Source of the DNA: Zygnema circumcarinatum SAG 698-1b
Taxonomy: Eukaryota > Plantae > Zygnematophyceae
DNA length: 64,000 nt
Direction: 5' to 3'
Assembly (NCBI GenBank): GCA_037447605.1
Contig: CM074814.1
Location: forward strand, 1,550,001-1,614,000
Shown: positions 24,693-38,062 of the stretch, in pieces
Position numbering within the stretch: position 1 is the stretch's first letter
How the letters are laid out: the number at the start of each line of letters is the position of its first letter
Notes under the pieces: generated by a model
What the model was told of the DNA's origin: nothing
Database searches by the model: none
The model's input: only the letters and a program-made list of their open reading frames with translations
Made by a program: the position numbers and the translations under genes

Positions 24693-25123
24693 CCTCCTGC
24701 AAGCAAGCTGCTACACTTTCACCAAATCTTAAACCGACTTTCCAAATCCGAAACGGGCCAATATTCTCCCGCCATCCCCCTCAAAAGCAATCTGTAACCT
24801 GTACCTTCCCTTCCCCTTCAATCTAAATACCTTCCCCTCAATCCCCTTCCACCCGCAGCGCCCTAATCTCCCCTCCGCCACAGGCAGGAAGGGCCCTGCG
24901 CGGGAGGGAGGATTTGGATTGGACCAAGCAAGGGGGCAAGGCATGGCCGTCCTCTATTTCGGCCAAACGGACGGTCGGATGCGACCAAGATCGACGGTGG
25001 AACGATCCTGGCCGTCCAAATCAACGGCCATCTGCGAGCCTCAACGGATAGGCGGAGGCAGGGATTGACACGGCCGCTGCTGCCACCTGGAGTCTAATCC
25101 TGCAAAAGTGCAAGCTCTCGGCC

Positions 25124-28100
25124 ATGGCTGCCGCGTCCTCCAGCGCTTTCCAAGGAATCGGCCTGTAGGCTCCAGGGGCAGGGCTTGTCCGGAGAGGGGG
25201 AAGGAGCAGCAGGATCAGGATCATGGCGGCCGGCTCATTGCCGCGCCTTTTCTTGGGCGAGGTGGGGAAGGCCGCGCATCTGAAGGGAGAGAATTCCTTG
25301 AAGTTAGAAAGCAGACCAGCACAGACACTTGTGCTGCAATCTTGGAATGGAAGACTTGACTCTGTGAGGACGAATGCAACAACCATGCAGAGAGAGGCAG
25401 AGTCCATGGTGGAGGAAAGCCTGAAGAGGCTCGAGCAAAATACTGAGAGGCAGACTGCAGTTGCAGACAGACAATGTGTAGCAGCCGCGTCTTCATCGCT
25501 TGTCGTTGCAGCTGATGGAGATCCGGCAGTGTATCTGACATCGTACGATAGATTGTTGCGGCTTGGAAGGTACATGGTTTGTTTTCCATTGAGTGTGGGA
25601 CCTATCCAACACTTGAACACTACCGATCGCACCGCCTTTATTTTTGCAATTTGAGAACACTCAAGGAACATCACATTCCTCTCTTTTCTTCTCCTGATTG
25701 TCTTACCCGGCCCATGAGTTTGATGGAGATAGCATACATTGGCAGTGTCCAATGTTGACTCCACGTGTGATTCCTCACACGTTTTTTTCTCAACGCATCC
25801 ACGATTGATGAGCCCATGAGATCTTCTACGCTGATTTGTTGTCTAAGTCATGCGTTGTGCAGATTAGGAAAGTGTGTCTCTCTTTTGGAAGATATGAAAA
25901 ACGTGGGCGTTCTGGATCCACATAAGGTGATTCAAGCTTTTGGCGCCTATGTGTCTTTCAACCTGGAACCGGCTGCAGTAATTGAAGCCATAATGCGGCT
26001 ACATCACAGTTACTCAGTCAGAAAGCTGATTCCTCTGCTTTTCATGCCTGCTTCCTAAAAGTGGCCACTCGGTTAGCGGCGCTGGCAGCCTAAGAATCTG
26101 GTGATCATATCTAGTTGAGACACGCTTTCTGAACCAGAAACTTTGTTGGATATCCTCATCCTCATCGATTTTGCAGATCTTCCAAAAGAGGTTCTTCATG
26201 GAATGTCGAAAACTAAAAGCTGTAACAGCTGCTTTCCAGTTTACTCGCTTACTCCCAAGTCCATCGTTGGCTGCATACACTCAGCTGATTTCCGTTTGTG
26301 CTGCTGCAGCTAATGCAGAAGGTGAGTTTCGATAACTGTTGCCCAGAACCGCCTAATGTGTCCGACTGTGTGGATTTTATTTAATCGTCTTGGTTAGCAG
26401 GACAGTTCATTTCATTTCATTGAAAAAACTATCGTAGACGATGTTCTGCAGGTGCTCAGCGGGCATTCCGAGCTGCACAAAGTGCTGGCATTCAGCCAGA
26501 TTGTGCCATGTACACCTCTCTCATTTCTGCTTATAGCAAGACTGGCCAGCTTGACCTAGCCTTTAAGGCGAGTACCTTTTTACCTTTTCCTTGTTTGCTG
26601 TACTTTTTTCACTGTTCAAACCTTTTGAGTTCTTGTGTCGATGCGCAAGCAAGATATTTTTCCGTACATTCAGACTACAGAGGCACAGGGGTTACACTTG
26701 CGCACACTAGGAAGAGGACTTTGGCCGTTTGTTGTTGATTCAGCAGGCCGATACAGTACTATTGGAGAGGAGAAATAGAAGGAAAGAAGATTGCTTGGCA
26801 CAGGACGAGGGCATTGAGGTTTCTGATTGATCTTTTAAACCTTGTTGCAAACAGGCTTTCCACGAAATGGAGAATGCGGGTGTTGAAGCTAGTGTTCACA
26901 CATACAGTGCCTTGATCGATGGTTGCGCAAGGGCAAAGCAGACAGCAAAAGCATTTGGCGTGTACGGTATTCTGATCGCTAAGGTACTACAGAGATCAAT
27001 ACAGTGGAAACCCAAAGACTCTGTCATTGTCATGTGGCCGTCCGTCTCATATGGTGCATACCGTCCTTCATAGCACTCGCAATGTTCCTAGTCTGCGGTT
27101 TTACTATAATTGCAAGTAGCCTAATTGCTGGTTTAATGTTGGGTAATTTAACTGGTACTGATCTTGGTGAGTCAAGACTCGCCATTCTGGGTTGTCTGAG
27201 GTCTTACTCTACAGTGATGGAACTCGTACTGCAAACCATGCCAGCTTGTCATTACAGCAGGCTCGATCTTTGTTCAGAAGTTGTTCAAACTTGAACCTTT
27301 TTATGATTGCCAGCCAAGTGGCGGAGGTGTTTTGGGGGATAGTCAAGTCATCATTGCCAGTAGACAATCGTAATATTTTGTTTCATTTGTTTTGTGGAAT
27401 ACATTTAGATCATGCTATGTGTTTGCCTGTAAATTCTATCACAACTTGCCTTCTTCAGAATTCTGCTCCAAGGGATTGGAGTTGTGGTTTTGCACTGTTT
27501 ATTGACAAGCTTATGGTTGAGTTTGTGCAGAATTTGAAACCAGATCGGATGCTCTTCCATTCCTTGATTTCTGCATGCGCTAGTACCGATGGACTTGATC
27601 GTGCATTTGACGTCCTGCAAGACATGAAGGCGGAGAAGATTGAATATGACCACTACACAATGTCTCTAATGTTGGATGCCTGCACTTCATGTGGAAAAGT
27701 GAGTTCCCCGGGTTATGCTGGGTATCCTTAAGGTGGTCGGTCTTTTGGTGGCACATTTAGGGTTGCATTGTTCCATTACGACAAATGGCATTTCAATAGC
27801 ATCCTTGGAGACCCCTTACAAGAGACGGAGTCATGGTTGCTTCGATGTGCACAACCTCCTATCCAATCACACGTGAAGCAAAGTGAGCAGCAATAGCATT
27901 TGTATAGTTACCTTTTTTTCCTCACGTTTACCTTTGAGGATGGAGGACACTCCTTCTAGAGTCGAGTATAATTCGACTGAGGTGTCAACTCTTCGCTTCA
28001 CTTTTTGCATCGGACGGAATGACCTAAGTGGACTGGTTATTGCAAAACGAATCTTACTTTCATTTGGCAGGATTGCAGAATTCACTTTATTCATATACAC

Positions 28101-31100
28101 TTTTATTATTTATTACTTTCACTTTATTACTTTCACTTTATTACTTTCACTTTTTTTACTTTCATATACACTTTTTCCGGTTCAGGTGTTAAACGGACAG
28201 GTTTTGAGCACGAAGTGGATCTTCGCTAGTGAGCAGTCAGTCAGTCTAGAAGTTTAGTTTATCTCTGCTGATAAGGGACGATTGAACCCTAATGGTTCAT
28301 TATCTGATTTGCTTCAGGTGGACCGAGCCATGGGAGTGTATAGGACGATGCGGGGCAAAGGAGCCGCGACGACTGCTGCAACTTTCACAACTGCAATCAA
28401 TGCGTGTAGCGTTACTGGGAGTCTGGAACAAGCCCTGCGAATATATGGTCATATGAAGAAGGATGGAATAAAACCTGATGAGGTGAAAAGTCTAGGCACG
28501 AATTACACCTTTTCTTTCACGACGAATGCTCGTTGTTTGCCGGCGTGTAGGATTGAGAATCAATCAGAAAAAGTTCTATAATGGCCAGTTTCTTTCCTTG
28601 GATCGCGAGCTGTAAAGGTAACATTTTATCGGTGGCCAAAGTACAATATTTCAGGTCACGCTATGGGCCAAGTCTTTGCTCTAACCGGACTAGATTGTAC
28701 ATGACTCCTAATTAGCCTGTCATGCTCCAGTCCATTCAGGTTGCTCGCTTTACCTTTCAGATCTTGCTATCTAGTCTTGCATCTGCAACATTACCTTTCA
28801 AGGCTCTGTTAGGAGTGAATTTGGTTGTCTTCAGCATCTGGAACCCACTCAAATTCATGATAACGGCATCCTTATTTCACGGGGAGAACTTGTAGAATTA
28901 GATATTTGAGAGAGGAAGCAATCGGCATTTTATCTTCTTACCTGTTGAATTGTTGAGGCTACCTTTCGGGCAAACTAGTTTTGTTTAATGCCATTTTGTT
29001 TCAACGATTTATGTCGCTTACTTGCTGGAATAAGTTCAACGACGTAGATTTGGTTGAGCAATTAAGTGGCCGTGTTTTTACTAATGTTATTGAATTTTGT
29101 TGCAGACGGTCTTTTGTGCACTTATAAAGGTGGCAACACGGGCTAAGCAAGTGGATGTTGCATTTTCATTTCTTGACGAAATGAGGCGTCAACGTGTGAC
29201 TGCAACGACAAAAACTTACAACTCCCTTTTGAACCTCTGCTGTGAGGTATTTCGTTCAAATCTCCAAGCATTTGGGCCAACGTTCAAACCGGTGGGGGAT
29301 TTGCGATCGGTTTTGTTCTTTTTTTCATCAGAAGACCACAATCTTGCACTCTGAATGTAGTGCTGTCAAGCATGACTCGACTATTTAGACATGCAGCTCT
29401 CAAGCAGAGTCAGTCAACGGAGTCTCAAGAAACAGAGGCTCTGAGGTTGACAAACAGTCCAATGTTCAAGTTTTGAACAATGAGAATGCTTTTGTAGCTT
29501 TGGTTTCTTTCAAGCCGTGTAGCAGTGGTACAGTGGTCCTTTGCAAGCTAACAGGCAGTTGACTTTCGTGTGATGCGTCTTACATTTTTTATCCTTTCTT
29601 TCGCGTTGTCCCTGTGTAGCTCACACTTCCTGAGAGGGCCGTGGAACTGTACAATAATATGAAGGCACATGGACAGAAGCCGACGGTAGTGACTTTCAAT
29701 GCTCTTCTTCAAACACTTTGTGAGTATTCATTTCGTGGCAGACATGCGGGAGGGCGTTCTTTGTATAGGGGCCTGCACTGTTTCAGATTTACTTCCACCC
29801 AATGGGGATTGACGAAAGGGTGACTGAGCCTCACCACAAGAGCTGAGCCACGCACCATAAAGTACTTGAAGTATGTCTGCATTATTGCTTACTGCGCCAT
29901 CTTCATACTTCTGCAGGTAATACAAGGCAGCTCGACCGTGCTCTTCTCCTACTCGATGACATGGCGCAGGAAGCTGTGGCCCTTAATCACCGTACATACA
30001 ACATTCTCCTTACGGGCTGTGCACAGTAAGCCAACTACATTGCAGGAGTTTTTTTGTCAAATTGATTTGATGGTACTGAGGGATTAATTCCTGATCAAAC
30101 TCATTCTGAAGCTTTTTCCATTGACGCATTTGCAGTTGCAGCATTCGCCAGATTCTTGCCCTTATTGCCCCTAACGTGATTCTTTAGACATGTTATAACC
30201 TGACTCCCCAGTTATATTGGACAAGAGGTGGATGCATCTGATTTGTTCTAAGCATGTCATTTCTAGTACATTTGCGAAGCGTGGAAATGATATTATTGCA
30301 ATTGAGTTTACGGGTGTGCAGTGCGAAGGTGGTGGATGTGGCATTCAAGCTGTACCATGCCGCTGATTTGGATGGCAAAGCTCACAACCTAGCCAACTGC
30401 AGTGCTATGTTAGGTAGGTCATTCAAATTCTTACTCCAAGCCAAGGAAAATCATGCTAATTTTTTTAGTTCCTGGCAAGTTTTATCAGAGCACTCGCAAA
30501 TTGAGTGCAATTCATTTCCTAGTTATTGCCTTCAACTGAAATGTCGCTGTAGCTGACAGTAATGGATGGGAGGGGATGACAGACTTATGTTATGGGCAGA
30601 TCCGCTCAGGAGCATCCTCCCCATCCTTTTCCTTTACTGTCGGCCGTTTTCCTGCTGAAGCTTCGATTGGGACTCCTCAACAACAGTGGTATGTGACCAG
30701 CACCATTCCTTGCTCTACTACATCCGAAGGGGCTGACCCCCCCCATTTGTGATGTTCCGCCGGAGTGCAATGCTATGGTTAAAAGAGTTTGGGTGCGACA
30801 ATGATTGACTTTTTCTTGAAGCGAACATACATTCCATGGTAGTGAGAACTATGGATTCAGTATTCCTTTAAAGTTGTGACAATATATCGTGCTCGCATCT
30901 ATTTCCATTTGCGTGACTGGATTCTTGATGTTATGATGGTCATTTTCTGTTGACAGTGTGAATGTCGCTTTCATTGCGACAATGAGGACATTTGTGCTGA
31001 TAGATTTCAGAGTTCGCTTCAGGGAACTTTTCGTTTTGTGCACTTACACATCTTGGTTATATTGTTATGATGCATGCTGTCTACATGCCCAAAATAACCT

Positions 31101-33439
31101 AATCATGTCAACAACCTTCAGACGAGGGTTGATGCTGATGCTGCATGATATAGACTGGGACTCCCTTTTTTTGACAGAATGGGAGAATTTCCTGTCCGAG
31201 ATAGCTGAGGTGGTTTTGTCCTTACGCGGTTTATGTTATGCTTTGTTACACAGGGCTGCATGCGCCGTTGCCATATACAGACAAAATGTTGCAGCCGGAG
31301 TCATCCCCTCGAGACCTCTTCTGTCAAGAGTGCTGGGTTGCCTGCACTTACACAACGGTTATAATGCATCATTTAATAATGGAGAGACGTTGTATATGTT
31401 TGGAGGACATGCGGGTCCCATCTTAAGGAAGGAGAGCTCGGCCTGTGGGTTGGAAGATATCTATGATGGAAAGGCGGTGCCTTTATATGATGTGAGTACT
31501 GCCCTTGATAAGCTATGAGCCCATAACAGGAAATCTTGCAAATGCCACTACTTAACACAGCCCTTGTTGAGCCATCTCGACAGGAGTGTCTCCGTGGCCG
31601 ACGTGCAGTCTTATCCCATTCAAATTTGGAATTTGCATTTATCTCCAGCTAGTAATTACAGTTAGCTTAAGCGATTGGAACCCAAGTCACTCGTCCTTTT
31701 CGTATGGTTTCCTGTTGAGCTAAATGGGTATTTTACTTTCCTTGTTTGGCAGGAAGCGGCCTCCCTTGGAGTGGTTCCCAATGTCGCAGGACAAGTTCCA
31801 CCAACTTTGATAAATGTGGAGGGCCTTCCTTCGAATGCAGCGGAGGTATTGGTTTGGTTTCAAACTTGTTGTTTGCTAGTTATTCTGAACTTGTTCGTCC
31901 CTTTTTCGTTGGTCTTGCCTCCATGCTGGCCTTCTTCTTGAAAGCCAAGGGGGTCTGCGATGCAGTGAGTGTACTTTCAAAAGGTGTTCTTTCACTTCTC
32001 CGTCAGTCATGGAGTTTCGAAATTGAATTTTTTGTTTTGCTTGAACACAGGTTTGCATTTTGTCATTTCTGACGTCGGGATTACGGCTTTTGAAGGCAGA
32101 AGGTGTGTTAAGCAACTCCTTTAACCTCTACTGGTGGTATAAAGAATGTTGCGTTATCCTTGAGGTTGTATCATTTCTAGCGATAGTGCCTGGATAGACT
32201 CTCCTTGGTAGCACTTTTCTGAGGTTTGAATGGCATATAGATGTGTTTCGTCTTCTAAACTTTGCATCGCATAAACATAATCTAACTGGCACATGAAGCA
32301 GACATGTTGAAATGTTTTCTGCCCACACTGCTAAAGCTTTACTGTTTATGCACTTGGGCACTGTTTTTCATCTGCTGCTTATGCTACGTTAGTCGACTAT
32401 GATCAATGTTAGTCCTGACATCAGTATTGTAGCCAGAAATTCTTGCCTGTGATAATCAACTTGTGAAATTCAACCTATTGACCTTGGATGGGTATTGGCA
32501 GATGGAAAGAGAGATCGTTACTTTCGGGGAGTGACCATCAAAGTGCCGGCAGACGTGGTGACAGCAACTTTGGGAGGAAATCAGGGAGAAAGAAAGATAT
32601 CCATCGCGGGCAGGTGTGTTCTCAAACACTGCATAAAGGTAGAACACAGACAGGTCCTCGAAGGGAACGTGCTGGTTTTGGTAAGGGCCGTATGAGTTGA
32701 TGCTGTTGAATCTACTGTCGGCCCAGGTAAAATCCAAGCAATTTGCTGCGAAAACTGTTGGGTTTGCTTGTATGTGGAACACACTCGCACCTCTTTTGTT
32801 TCCGACATGTTCTACGCTTGTGGTTAACGAACATCACCTCTTGAATGTTTGGAAAAAACTGCTCGTACAGAGCAAAGTTCCAATTGATTTCCTAAATGTT
32901 TTCCTCTAACGTCTATTACCTGTGTAGACCATCCCCCTGTGTAGACCATCCTCCATCCTTTTTCCACTCTCGTTTCCCTTTACCATTCCATTTTTTTTTA
33001 TGAAATGATAAGCCCTGTCATAATGCAATGGGGTTGCAGGTCTGGCCAAGCGGTTGGGGCCCTCCTCCGTCGCCTTGGGGTTCCATATGTAGGTTCTGAA
33101 GCCTCAGGAGAAATCCAAATCATGGGCGGCGCCCTCCAGAAGTGGCTCAAGCAGCAGAGCCAGAAAGTAGAAAGGCCTCCTCCTCCCCCTCTCGGTCCCC
33201 CTCTCGGCCTACCCTCTTACCGACAGGCGGAAACAGGAGCCCCGGGGAAACGGTTAGGGCGCACTATTGCTCAGCAGCAGATGGAAATACGCATGAGCTC
33301 TGTACCCTCTTACACTCCAAGCAACTACTATAGGAGGCCCTCTACAGAGGGTTTGGAGGCTGCACATATGGCCGGCTTGATGCGGGAGATGGAGGAGGAC
33401 CTCGTTACAGTTTCCCTGGCCGGATTCGCGGAGGCCTGA
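25124..33439 (+). CDS. MRL1: MRL1-like chloroplast PPR protein (rbcL mRNA maturation/stability)
   Basis: Exons match MRL1 along its length: YDRLLRLGRLGKCVSLLED, YTSLISAYSKTG, HTYSALIDGCARAKQTAKAFGVYGIL, KPDRMLFHSLISAC, LSRVLGCL, EAASLGVVP, GQAVGALLRRLGVPY and TIAQQQMEIR. The start is ambiguous: the ATG at 25124 is followed by an in-frame TAG, and the next ATG is at 25223. Confidence 0.9.
28081..28175. repeat. Short degenerate tandem repeat (~14-bp unit actttcactttatt) in an MRL1 intron
   Basis: Visible repetition of ttactttcactttat variants. Confidence 0.6.
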
Positions 33440-34269
33440 GGGCTTGAACAAGAGGTGATGTGCTTTTTAAAAAAACAAAAAAAAACTAAAGAATGATTCA
33501 TTTCCGCTGCAAAATTGCAGCCTAGGGGGTCTTTAGGGCCTGCGCAATGCAAATCAGCTGACACCTCCGGTTCGATACACAATAGCAGCCATTGGCGGAC
33601 GATGGTAGACGATGCCGTAGTACATAGTGACGGACTGAGTACAAAGAATTGAAATTTGAAATATTTACCGTGAGGGGCGTACACAGGGGGGCGACTTCGA
33701 CATGCAGCAAATCTAGGAAGCTAGCTTCCATAGAAAGGAGTTTAGGAGATTTGAGGCCCTGCCACTTAAAAATATATTTATGTCTGATGTTACCAAACAA
33801 GTAACGGAAACATGAAAGTCGATCTGTTCCGTTTATTGCGTTCATCTGGTTTCCAAACACTGGAATCCTTGGGAGAGCACTATATTGCTTGTGCTTGTTT
33901 TATCCTTTTTGGTTTCCCCTTTTGTGTTGTAGCTTGCAAATTCCACGAACATGGAAATCACAGCAAACAAACAGACTCTACATGGAAGCGTTCAACAGTC
34001 CTAAAAGGGCTCGTCAAGCCCGACCACGCCTCCCCGCGTACTGCTCCATTTGAGACTGTCCAGTCCACCCAGTTGGAGAGATTGTTTGTGCAGGTTATGG
34101 CAACTAATAAGCTTCGACATAAGCTGGGACATGCCCGTCTATTCTCAGCTCGGATCTGCAAATGTGTCAAATACGGAGTTCGTCTCCTCTCTTCCACTTT
34201 CTGCCCTTCTTTTCTTCTTCTTTTGAATCCAACGCAGACCCACTCACTCCTCACACGTCCCATCTCTCA

Positions 34270-36122
34270 TCAGACGGAAGAGAGCGACCCAACATCTCTC
34301 GGATGGCCTCCCAGCAACCGCTCGGCCTCGTCCCCAATGCGCTTTCCTGCACATCGCCACAAGCGCTACTCGACAACATGATGTTTGGTCCAAATGTGAA
34401 AGAACATGCAGGTGAGTATGAAAAGAATCGAAGCGAGTTCCACAAAGCAAGGTCAAGAAACGAGGCAAGAGGAACACGCACCGAGCTCCGCCATGGCTGC
34501 TATCGCGAGAAGACTGAGGCCCGTTACCACCAGGTCAGCACCAACCAAGATCCCCAGAATCCGTCCAGGGCTGGCGGGAAAAAGGGAAATGGTAAGGATG
34601 GCGAGAGCCAAAGAGGCCAACCCGCTAAGGAGCGGAAGAGACCACATGCTTAAGGAGCGCACAGTGCATGCGAGTATAATTTTGACGAGTCCCTGCCACA
34701 GAGAAAATACAACGAAACCACAAACAACAATCCTCAGTAGAAAGCTAAAAAGAAACTCCATGCACCACTTGAACGCCCTGCTGAATAATACCCACCAACT
34801 GCTTGCAAAGAATTTGCTTTCGTTCCCTTGTAGGGCTGTAGCTTGCAAGACGAAGCAATGGGCTTAGGATGTTAAGAAAGCTTACATGGGCGATGAACCA
34901 TCCAGCCATGATAATGGCCACTGCCAATACGCCGGTCCGCCGAGAAAGCACGAGCCACAGGCCGACTGCGAGATGAAGCAGCCCCAAAAGAAGGAAACTG
35001 AGTGTTCCAGGTGCGCCCAGAACCATCACAAAGGTGAAGATCGTGTACACGCCCGCCACCACAAGCAGCCATCCTGCAAGAGAAGTGGGAGCAGCAGGGA
35101 AAGGAAGAACTCTTGAGGTGTTCAGATGCTGCAAGTCGACAAATGAGAGGCCGGAGCATGAGACAAAGCAGACCAGCTACACCTTTTTTGGGACTGTTTT
35201 TATTGTTTCTAGCAATTCATCGGCCACGTGTCGCGTAGAAAGGAAATGAAGACGCTGTTGAAGCTCTGTCAAAAAGAGCAGAAAGGAGTATCTATTGGAA
35301 AGGCAGCATCGACTTTTGCAGAAGTGTGAAGGCAACAAAAATGTTATTCATTCACACTGGACAGAACAGGGACCTCACCAAGCAGTTGCTCCAACGCGAA
35401 AGCAAACAGAAGGGGAAAGGAGATGGCGACCAATCCTGCCAGAATGAAAACTGCCACAAAGTAGACATCATAAGAGTGTTAGGGAGCCACCCTCTCAATT
35501 TAAACGCATCAACAAATTGAATGAAAGCATACCATCTTATGTCTGCAGTCGTAGCGGCCTGATTCCTTTCTCCGTCCTACCTGTGTTCAGATAAACTGCT
35601 CTTTATGTGGAATCTAAATCAACACATTTTTAGCATCCACGGACTTCTACAACTTCAGGACATCCTAGATAGAGCGAAATAGCTCAGAATTTATTTCTCC
35701 CACTGCAATATATTTTCCCAGTAATACTATTCGGCCAGTTTCCTCGGTGATTCTATTATCAACTATGATTTTATATTGCTTGCAGCACAACCAATTGTCA
35801 CATCATTCCCTCTCCGTTCTGCAGCGACTATCCTTGTTCCCTAAATTCAAACGCTCGTTTTCTCTTCAACTAAAGAAAAAAAAAAAGCCATGTTCCAATA
35901 AAATAGGATATATTCAAAAATATGTCCAACGATCTTACATATTCCCGCGAGTGTATTGTACAGTGACATGGAGTGCAAGTGGTCAAGGGCGATCGGTCGA
36001 CTAAGCGGCCGAACAGGAATGGTGAAGTAGTACAGGCCGGGCTGGCGTGCAGGAGGGGAGGAGACTGCCTCGTACACATCTGCACGTTCTCTGAGACCTT
36101 CAAATGTCTCTCGAGCCGCCAT
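34270..36122 (-). CDS. HdeD/DUF308-like multi-pass membrane protein, paralog A (~243 aa)
   Basis: Exons 36122-35939, 35450-35379, 35073-34886, 34692-34482 and 34346-34270 sum to 732 nt in frame. Motifs FILAGLVAISFPLLFAFALEQLLGWLLVVAG and ILGILVGADLVVTGLSLL resemble bacterial HdeD. Confidence 0.8.
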
Positions 36123-36335
36123 GGCTGCCCTCCTCGATCGCAGCAAGGACTCACTTTTTATTTTTTGCTTTTAGAACAAGATATTCAGCAGCAATCTAGG
36201 GACACAAAATCCAGCAAAGAGGACCCGATAACAGGTTTGTCTTGAAAGCCCTCCGCAAGAGTCACAGGCGATAGGAGGCAAGACGGAGGGAGAAGAAAGG
36301 AAAGGACATGTTCATGTTGGTGAACCAGGTAACGC

Positions 36336-36598
36336 CACGTGCAGGAAATCGCATGAGAAGACGCGCCCTTCACAGAGAAGGAGAGCAGAATTCCATGTCG
36401 GAGCAACTGCTGCGTGATGGCTACGTTGCAGCCATGCAAGGGACGAGCACGTCGGCAAGGGCGACATTAAACGCAGCATAAGCCGAGAACGTTCTCTTCA
36501 AGGCCGCAGGGGCCTTGCACGCGCATGCACGGCCCTGCAATCCGCCACGTGGCTCTGTGCGCCATGCCGCATACTTCCGTAGCTGCCGCCGTCACGTG
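36336..36598. promoter_or_regulatory. G-box/ABRE cluster in the divergent promoter between the two HdeD-like genes
   Basis: CACGTG at 36336, 36546 and 36593. The last two have the ACGTGGC core. Confidence 0.45.
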
Positions 36599-36838
36599 GC
36601 GAGGCGCCTCCACTCTGCTGGCCGTGCCCGCCAGCCATTTCCGTCTATCATCTGCTGCATCTACAGGAATTTCTTTTTCGTTTTTTGAGCGGTGTGGTAG
36701 CTTTCTCTCTTCTTCTGCAACTTTTCTTGGATTTCACATAGTCGTGAAGGTTTCTCGGCAGGTTTTTTTGGGGGTTGTAAAGGAAGATAGACTAGGAGAG
36801 GATTAGGTTTGAAAGGGGAAGGGAAGAGAATTGGGATC

Positions 36839-38062
36839 ATGTCACGGGGGGGGCGAACTGTGGTCATTCCGCAAACAGTGGTGGATGCCAACTCTGAGTA
36901 TTCGCTCCGTATTCCGTTGCGCCCTCTCACTGGACCTGTTCCTGCTCGCTCCTTGCGTCGTATTTCGACATACGGCGCCATCTATGCTACAGGTGATGAT
37001 GCTAAGGCACTGCCTCTTTGATCTTTGACTTCTGCAAGAAATTGGTTTCTGCTTCTTCAATTGGCTAATATTCTATATTCTGACTCGGTGCTGGGATGGG
37101 TATCAGTGTTGGCACTTCTCGGAATTGGTACTATTCTGTACTGCATCTTCTTCGGCTACCAAATTGATCTGTTCATAGGTGAGTTGAACAGAAATAAGTG
37201 AAAGCTACCCTTCAACTGGCCTTATTTGGACCAATCTGAGTCTACATATAAACGGATGATGGTCATTATTGGCCTTAAGTTTGTTCGGGAAGTTGCTGTG
37301 CAGGTTGGCTTCTGATCGTATCGGGTGTGATTACCGTATTGCACGGGATCACTCTCTGGGGTGCCCCGGGGACATTGGCCACTGTGGCTAACGGTCTCAT
37401 TCAGGTGTTTTTTGGAGCGGTCTTTGTGATGCCATGGCTGACCCTGGAAGGCAAAGTGGCTCTCAGCGCCTTCCTGCCCTTCTTATTCCTCGCCTCGGTC
37501 AGCACTTCAACCCTCCTTCCACGTTTTTCTTGTGACCTGCGTCATGTTTTGATGGCTTAACTCCAACTTCATTCTCAACATCCTGCCTCTTATTTGACAT
37601 TATTAAAGAGAAGACTACATTTTCTTAATGACTTTTAGCTTGATCCATCTCCAGGGGCTGGCGAGAGTGGGCCAAGCCGGCTCCCTCCACCGCATAGTGA
37701 TGTGGCCCTTCCTCCTAATCAGCGGAGTGATCGCCATTGTGCTCGCAATTGTTGTGTGGGGCGCGTACCCCGCTCTGCCGCAGAGGACTTTGGGCATAGT
37801 CGTGGGGGCCGACTTCGTCGCTTTCTCTCTCGCTCTCGGGCTCGTCTCCGGCATGTCCAACATCGGTGAGTTGCTGTTTGTTCTTGGGGATCAGACCGGA
37901 AAGAATGACATTTGCAAACATCGAGATTCGAGATTGAATCGTTGTGTATGAGCTCGTTGTGTATGATCTTACTCTCACTCTTCATTTGGGGTTCGGGCGG
38001 CATTGCTTTCAGGTTATAAAGTGATGGCCCCTTTGGAGGAGGAGGACCCCAGCCATTCCTAA
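36839..38062 (+). CDS. HdeD/DUF308-like multi-pass membrane protein, paralog B (~226 aa)
   Basis: Exons 36839-36992, 37107-37178, 37304-37497, 37655-37865 and 38013-38062 sum to 681 nt in frame. Exons 2 and 4 have the same lengths (72 and 211 nt) and phases as paralog A. Motifs GWLLIVSG, GAPGTL and TLGIVVGADFVAF. Confidence 0.8.
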
